DNA of 64,000 bases from Phycisphaerales bacterium (GTDB lineage Bacteria > Planctomycetota > Phycisphaerae > Phycisphaerales > JAGLTS01): NCBI GenBank assembly GCA_023135165.1, contig JAGLTS010000028.1:1-64000 (forward strand). The letters run 5' to 3'. A program made the translations under genes and the position numbers. The notes below the pieces were generated by a model. It searched no databases, was not told the origin of the DNA, and saw nothing but the letters and a program-made list of their open reading frames with translations. Of the stretch, positions 59,095-64,000 are shown piece by piece; within the stretch, counting starts at the first letter, position 1, and each line of letters starts with the position of its first letter.

Positions 59095-60954
59095 TCAGCC
59101 GAGGTTCATCGTCATGAGGAACTCGCCGTTGCTCTTGGTCTTGCCGAGCCTGCTCTTCATCAGCTCCATCGCCTCGACGACGTTCATGTCGCTGAGCACT
59201 TTCCGCAAGCGATAAACAAGCTCAAGCTCCTTAGGCTGAAGCAGCAACTCTTCGCGGCGTGTGCCGGACGCTGCGATGTCGATGGCGGGCCAGATGCGTT
59301 TCTCGACGAGCTTGCGGTCCAGGTGCAGCTCGGAGTTACCGGTGCCCTTGAACTCCTCGAAGATGACCTCATCCATCTTGGAACCTGTGTCGACGAGCGC
59401 GGTAGCGAGGATCGTCAAGCTGCCGCCCCGTTCGATGGCGCGTGCCGACCCGAAGAACTTCTTGGGACGTTGCAGCGCGTTGGAGTCCAGGCCGCCGGTC
59501 ATGATCTTGCCCGAGTGCGGCATCTCAGCGTTGTAGGCTCGGGCAAGTCGTGTGATCGAGTCGAGCAGGATCACGACATCATCACCGAACTCGACCATAC
59601 GCCGAGCTTTGCCGATCACCATCTCAGTGACCTGCACATGCCTGCTCGAGTGCTCATCAAACGTCGAAGCGATGACTTCAACGCTGTCGGGCGTGTGGCG
59701 GCGGAAGTCCGTGACTTCCTCCGGCCGTTCGTCGATGAGCAGAACAATGACGTGCACCTCGGGGTGGTTCGTCGAGATCGCGTTGGCCATCTTCTGGAGG
59801 AGGATGGTCTTACCCGTGCGAGGCGGCGCGACGATGAGCGCTCGCTGGCCGTAGCCGATCGGCGTGACGAGGTCGATGATGCGCGTCTCGATGATGTTCG
59901 GTTCGGTTTCGAGGGTGAAGCGCTTGTCGGGATGCAGCGGTATCATGTCCTCGAAGATCGGGAGTTCAAGGATCGCTTCGGGCGGGCGGCCGTTGATGTT
60001 GTCGACGCGGAGCAGCGCGAAGTAGCGTTCGGACTCCTTCGGCGGGCGAACGAGGCCCTGGATGATGCATCCCTTTCGCAGGCCGAACCGTCTGATCTGA
60101 CTCGGGCTGACGTAGATGTCATCCGGTGACGGCAGGTAGGAGTACATCGGGCTGCGGAGGAAGCCGAAGCCGTCGGGGAGGACTTCGAGCGTCCCCTCGC
60201 CGAACATAAGCCCCTGCTTGGCGATGCGCGACTTGAGGATCTTGAAGATGAGATCTTGCTTGTGGAGTTTGCCGAGATCGGTGAGGCCTTCCTCATGGGC
60301 AACCGTGTGGAGATCATCGATCTTCATCCGCTGCAGTTCGGAGAGGTGGATCGCATCCTTCTTGACCTCTTCGTAGCGGTCGCCGATCTCCGCAGCGAGT
60401 TCAGCGGCCTCGCGTTCGAGCTGCTCATCGCTTGGGAGTTCGGATTCGAGGATGATCGGCGCATCGGGCGAAGGCCGGTAGCCGCTGCTGCCGCCGCCGC
60501 CTGACTTCTTGCGCTTCTTGCGCTTCTTCTTCTTGCCAGAGGGCTGTTGCTGCTGCTGCTGTTGTTGTTGTTGCTGCTGGCGATGGCCTTGCGGCTGCTT
60601 TCGCTCATCCTGGCGCTGCGCGGGTGCGGGTGGCGTCTCTCTCGCTTCGTCTGGTGCTGCCGAGTCATCTGCCCGACTGCCGGACGAGGCGTCACCTTGC
60701 GATGGCGTATCTCGGGCATCCGTCGGGGTCGGCTGCGAGGCCTCGGCCTCGGCCCGGCCATCCGCAGCCGGCTTGGACGCAGCCCGGCTCTTGGATTCGG
60801 GCGGCGCCTCCTCGATCACCGCTGATGCGGTACCCGCGTCACCGGCGGCGGATGTCGCGGTCTTCTTGGTGGTTCGGCGGCGACGAGGCTTGCTCGCTGC
60901 GGGGGTCTTGACTGCTTCGTCCTTCATTTCTTTCGTGGACGACTTGGTGGCCAT
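59095..60954 (-). CDS. rho: Transcription termination factor Rho with extended K/R/Q-rich N-terminal insertion
   Basis: Start at ATG 60954 ([20 protein letters not shown]). C-terminal RecA-like ATPase ([24 protein letters not shown], ...[12 protein letters not shown]). The N-terminus has (Q)13 and a [10 protein letters not shown] tract. Confidence 0.9.
   Translation of the reverse strand: MATKSSTKEMKDEAVKTPAASKPRRRRTTKKTATSAAGDAGTASAVIEEAPPESKSRAASKPAADGRAEAEASQPTPTDARDTPSQGDASSGSRADDSAAPDEARETPPAPAQRQDERKQPQGHRQQQQQQQQQQQQPSGKKKKRKKRKKSGGGGSSGYRPSPDAPIILESELPSDEQLEREAAELAAEIGDRYEEVKKDAIHLSELQRMKIDDLHTVAHEEGLTDLGKLHKQDLIFKILKSRIAKQGLMFGEGTLEVLPDGFGFLRSPMYSYLPSPDDIYVSPSQIRRFGLRKGCIIQGLVRPPKESERYFALLRVDNINGRPPEAILELPIFEDMIPLHPDKRFTLETEPNIIETRIIDLVTPIGYGQRALIVAPPRTGKTILLQKMANAISTNHPEVHVIVLLIDERPEEVTDFRRHTPDSVEVIASTFDEHSSRHVQVTEMVIGKARRMVEFGDDVVILLDSITRLARAYNAEMPHSGKIMTGGLDSNALQRPKKFFGSARAIERGGSLTILATALVDTGSKMDEVIFEEFKGTGNSELHLDRKLVEKRIWPAIDIAASGTRREELLLQPKELELVYRLRKVLSDMNVVEAMELMKSRLGKTKSNGEFLMTMNLG
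60544..60580 (-). repeat. CAG/CAA trinucleotide microsatellite encoding poly-Gln in rho
   Basis: ctgttgctgctgctgctgttgttgttgttgctgctgg on the plus strand. Confidence 0.7.
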
Positions 60955-61175
60955 AGCTTGTCTTCCTTCATCGGCAACGTGTGGGTTGCTCGCTCGTTGG
61001 CGCGGCTCTCGGCTCATCAGGCATTTGTGAGCCGCAGCCGATGTTGACACCGGTCAGCGCTTCCTGCACGTACGTGATTTCACTGGGGAAAGCGTCGAAT
61101 CCAAACTTGGGTGAGACACCCCAACTCAGCGGGACGTGCACTCACATTCCACGCGGACGGGTCGGCATGGGCACT

Positions 61176-61880
61176 TCACTCAGCCCCAAACGCATCACCA
61201 CACCCTGATTCCGGGTGGTCTACCAGACCCGTTGTCCGCTGGCAAATCCGGTTGAATACGGCTTCGACCCGTCGAGCAACGTCGGCCGGATCACCGTCAT
61301 TCTGCACAGTATACTGAGATCGACGGCGCTTTTCTGCAAGGGGAAGCTGCGTTTTTTCACGCAGATCCAGTTCGTCTGGCCCCCACCCCCGGCTCTCCCG
61401 CACCCGCTTTTCCCGCACATCGCGCGGTGCTTCGACGAACACCACGGCATCACACAGGTCGTCCAGACCGGCTTCTACGAGCAGCGGCGCGTCGATGATA
61501 AACGCCTGTACCCCAGCAGTTTGCGCCTCGGCGAGCAACCCGCGAATCAGCTCGGTCACAATCGGGTGAATCAGCGCCTCCAGCCGTCGCCGCTCCTGGG
61601 GATCGGCAAAGACGATCCCCGCCACCACCTTGCGATCGACCCTGTCGTCACACCCGATCACACGCTCGCCCCACCATCCGATCAGCTCCGATCGCACATC
61701 AGGCCGATCCAGGGCCGCGATCGCCAGGGCGTCGGCATCCGCAGCGGCGCACCCGAGATCACAGAAGGCCCGGGCAACCAGGCTCTTGCCCGCACCGATT
61801 CCGCCGACCAGGCCGATGACCGCGAACCGATCGCTCCGTCCTGATGATGCGCGGCCGTGCTTGGCGCTGTCTGTTCCCAT
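61176..61880 (-). CDS. coaE: Dephospho-CoA kinase
   Basis: Start at ATG 61880. P-loop VIGLVGGIGAGKSLVA. Immediately upstream of rho on the same strand. Confidence 0.8.
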   Translation of the reverse strand: MGTDSAKHGRASSGRSDRFAVIGLVGGIGAGKSLVARAFCDLGCAAADADALAIAALDRPDVRSELIGWWGERVIGCDDRVDRKVVAGIVFADPQERRRLEALIHPIVTELIRGLLAEAQTAGVQAFIIDAPLLVEAGLDDLCDAVVFVEAPRDVREKRVRESRGWGPDELDLREKTQLPLAEKRRRSQYTVQNDGDPADVARRVEAVFNRICQRTTGLVDHPESGCGDAFGAE

Positions 61881-62044
61881 ACCACCGCATCGTACCCCAC
61901 GCTCGGGCACATCTCGACAACCACACCCTCGTCCAACAACCCGGGTGCTGAACGATGAAACTCACAGAGACAAAGATCGACGATCGCGCGACGCCCCACG
62001 CGCTCGGAACATCCCTCTTGTGCAGGCTGATGAACCGACCGACT

Positions 62045-62893
62045 TCACTTCATCGGAGCGTCATCGTCCGCTGCATCCGCCGTCCCCGTGGCTGGGGTCG
62101 TCGGGTTCGCTGCGGCAGGCATCACGCCCAGCGTGCTCGGCCGAAGGTAGATCTCGACGCGCCTGTTCTCCGCCTCACCGCGCGGGGTGGCTGCGACAAC
62201 GGGTCGATACTCGCCCCATCCGCCGACGCCGACGCGCGCCGCGGGCAGTCCGGCGCGCACGAGCACGGACTGCACCGAGATCGCCCGCGCCACCGACAGA
62301 TGCGTGTTCGTCGGGTACAGACGCTTCACAGCCGGGTTCGCCACGGGCTGGCTGTCCGTATGGCCGACCACCCACACCTCAAACGGCAAATCCTGATGCC
62401 CTTTCAGCACGGTCGCCAGTCGCTCGACGACCGTCGTCGCGTCGGGCTTGAGTTCCGTGCTTCCCGAGGCAAAGCTGGCGTCGCTTCCCAGGCGAATCAC
62501 GCCGTGGGCTGCATCGTATGACATCACGCTCGCCTCGCGCGTCGCCAGATCCGCGAGCGCGCTCTGCAGTTCCGGATCGAGGACCGCCTGACCCAGATCG
62601 GCGAACCGCTCGTCGAGCATCTCCATCGTTCGGCGCGCGGAAGTCAGGTCGCGCGTCAGCGTCTGGATCTGTCGGCGTTGGTTGGTGACGACCTCATCGC
62701 GCTGGGCGTCACGCTGTTCGTGAGCCTGAACGCGGGCCTCGGCGTCATCGATTTGCCGCTGCAACTCGAAGACGCGGTTTTCCGCTGCTCGGGCGACTTG
62801 GTTCTCGCGGTCGAATTCGGTCTGGGACACGCAGCCGGCGAGCAGTGCCGCCGCGGTCGCCATTGACAGGCTCAGTCGTGTGAAACATTGCAT
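62045..62893 (-). CDS. OmpA/MotB-family lipoprotein (coiled-coil region plus C-terminal OmpA-like peptidoglycan-binding domain)
   Basis: Start at internal ATG 62893 (MQCFTRLSLSMATAAALLAGC lipobox). C-terminal ...VWVVGHTDSQPV...NRRVEIYL OmpA_C signature. Confidence 0.7.
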   Translation of the reverse strand: MQCFTRLSLSMATAAALLAGCVSQTEFDRENQVARAAENRVFELQRQIDDAEARVQAHEQRDAQRDEVVTNQRRQIQTLTRDLTSARRTMEMLDERFADLGQAVLDPELQSALADLATREASVMSYDAAHGVIRLGSDASFASGSTELKPDATTVVERLATVLKGHQDLPFEVWVVGHTDSQPVANPAVKRLYPTNTHLSVARAISVQSVLVRAGLPAARVGVGGWGEYRPVVAATPRGEAENRRVEIYLRPSTLGVMPAAANPTTPATGTADAADDDAPMK

Positions 62894-63002
62894 CGCAGAA
62901 GTGCTCCCAAACGTGTCTTTTGGTCCGCGCGGAGTGTACCGCCGGGATGCGGGCGGGCAAAGCCCACACCCAGAATTGCATCGGCTCGATACGCTGGTGC
63001 GC

Positions 63003-64000
63003 ATGAAACCTTCCGCCATCCTGTACCGGGCGAGGGCGATCGTCGATGCAGCCGGGCTGTCTGCTGCCCCCGCGGCGCTGCTGCTGCGCGGCGGTTGTGT
63101 CCTCGCTGCCGGTAGGCCGGAGGTCGCAGAGCAGCATCCCGAAGCGGGCCGGGCGCGGGTGGTGGATCTCGCCGATTCCCTGTTGATGCCGGGTCTGGTC
63201 AACGCCCACACCCACCTGGACCTCACACATGTCGGCCCACAGCCCTACGACGCGAAGGGTGGGTTCATCGGCTGGGCTGAACGCATCCAGCAGGCGCGCG
63301 CTCACGATCCGGTGGATGTGCGACAATCCGTCCTCGCAGGGATTGACCTGTCCCTGCGCGGCGGCACGTGCCTGATCGGTGACATCGCGGGCGCCGGGTC
63401 GCTTGTCCCGCTTACAACCCTCCGCCGATCCCCGCTCCATGGCGTCAGCTACGTCGAGTTCTTCGGCCAGGGCGATATGCAAAACGCCGCGATCGCGACT
63501 CTGAGCCGCATCGCCGGCGAGATATCTCACGACATGGCGGGCGTGCGCCTCGGTGTCCAGCCGCACGCCCCGTATTCCGCAGGGCTGCGCCTGTACGACG
63601 CGGCTGCATCGAGCGGTCTGTCCGTTGCGACGCACCTGGCGGAATCACCGGAGGAGGCGCGGTACGTGGCACATGGCGACGGGCCGATCCGGCAACTCGT
63701 CGAACGTCTCGGCGTGTGGAACCCAGCCATCCTTCAGGGCGATGACGCCATCGGACAGGGCCGCCATCCCATCGACCACCTTCGATCCGTCCTGCGCATC
63801 GCCCCGTTGCTCGTCGCCCACATCAACGACCTCGGCAACGAATCGCAGGCGGGCGACCACCTCGCATTGCTCGCCCGGTCCCGTTGCACCGTCGCGTACT
63901 GCCCACGCGCCAGCGACTACTTCCACCACGCTGACCACTTCGGGCCGCACCCGTACCGCACGATGCTCGATGCAGGCATCAACGTCGCGCTCGGCACCGA
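63003..64000 (+). CDS. Amidohydrolase-family deaminase/chlorohydrolase-like protein (3' partial, runs off the window)
   Basis: ATG 63003; frame stays open to nt 64000. LMPGLVNAHTHLD HxH metal-binding motif, VATHLAES, ...HPIDHL... Absent from the ORF track because no stop lies in the window. Confidence 0.7.
   Translation, partial: MKPSAILYRARAIVDAAGLSAAPAALLLRGGCVLAAGRPEVAEQHPEAGRARVVDLADSLLMPGLVNAHTHLDLTHVGPQPYDAKGGFIGWAERIQQARAHDPVDVRQSVLAGIDLSLRGGTCLIGDIAGAGSLVPLTTLRRSPLHGVSYVEFFGQGDMQNAAIATLSRIAGEISHDMAGVRLGVQPHAPYSAGLRLYDAAASSGLSVATHLAESPEEARYVAHGDGPIRQLVERLGVWNPAILQGDDAIGQGRHPIDHLRSVLRIAPLLVAHINDLGNESQAGDHLALLARSRCTVAYCPRASDYFHHADHFGPHPYRTMLDAGINVALGT

Larger units (their letters stand above)
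55830..59096 (+). repeat. About 1.6-kb tandem direct duplication (two full units plus a 70-bp third-unit stub abutting the 3' end of rho)
   Basis: gcgagacggatgcgggttgtcggccggacgtgcatcggcccgagacgggccggctctgtttcgtgcggtc occurs at 57405 and 59025. The gene 5' regions with upstream leader are duplicated (55830 vs 57455). Confidence 0.7.

Overview
This is a high-GC (about 65-67%) bacterial chromosomal segment. It is almost certainly from Planctomycetota: it carries a DUF1559 prepilin-like protein, Ser/Thr-kinase::FGE-sulfatase fusions, dockerin-like C-terminal modules on secreted proteins, and a Rho with a poly-Q/K-rich N-terminal insert. I can support about 45 protein genes, one tRNA-Ala(TGC) and several repeat families.

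Housekeeping genes present: rdgB, serS, tilS, dapF, dnaK, rho, coaE, recX, csrA, a NifU-like gene and alpha-glucan enzymes (GH57, GH13).

The main items worth follow-up:
- A selenocysteine peroxiredoxin. The ORF track splits it at an in-frame TGA that replaces the peroxidatic Cys, and a GC hairpin sits 12 nt downstream as a SECIS candidate. It forms an apparent operon with a two-gene YeeE/YedE transporter, and a radical-SAM gene lies 255 bp upstream.
- A minus-strand signalling/envelope cluster: FGE-domain lipoprotein, an unknown 427-aa protein, Ser/Thr kinase::FGE fusion, an HTH protein translationally coupled to a lipoprotein, a membrane-anchored protein, and an SPFH coiled-coil protein with a poly-Pro tail. 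An FHA-domain gene is divergent from it.
- A 1.6-kb tandem duplication making two paralogous zinc-ribbon membrane proteins. Their N- and C-termini are near-identical and their cores are diverged.
- An IS200-like REP-associated tyrosine transposase bracketed by a 30-bp perfect palindrome repeated three times.
- A single-gene low-GC islet encoding a protein with a C-terminal RNxxxH (HEPN-like) motif.
- Three secreted proteins sharing near-identical dockerin-type-I-like C-terminal modules at the DNA level.

No CRISPR array, rRNA or integrase was seen.
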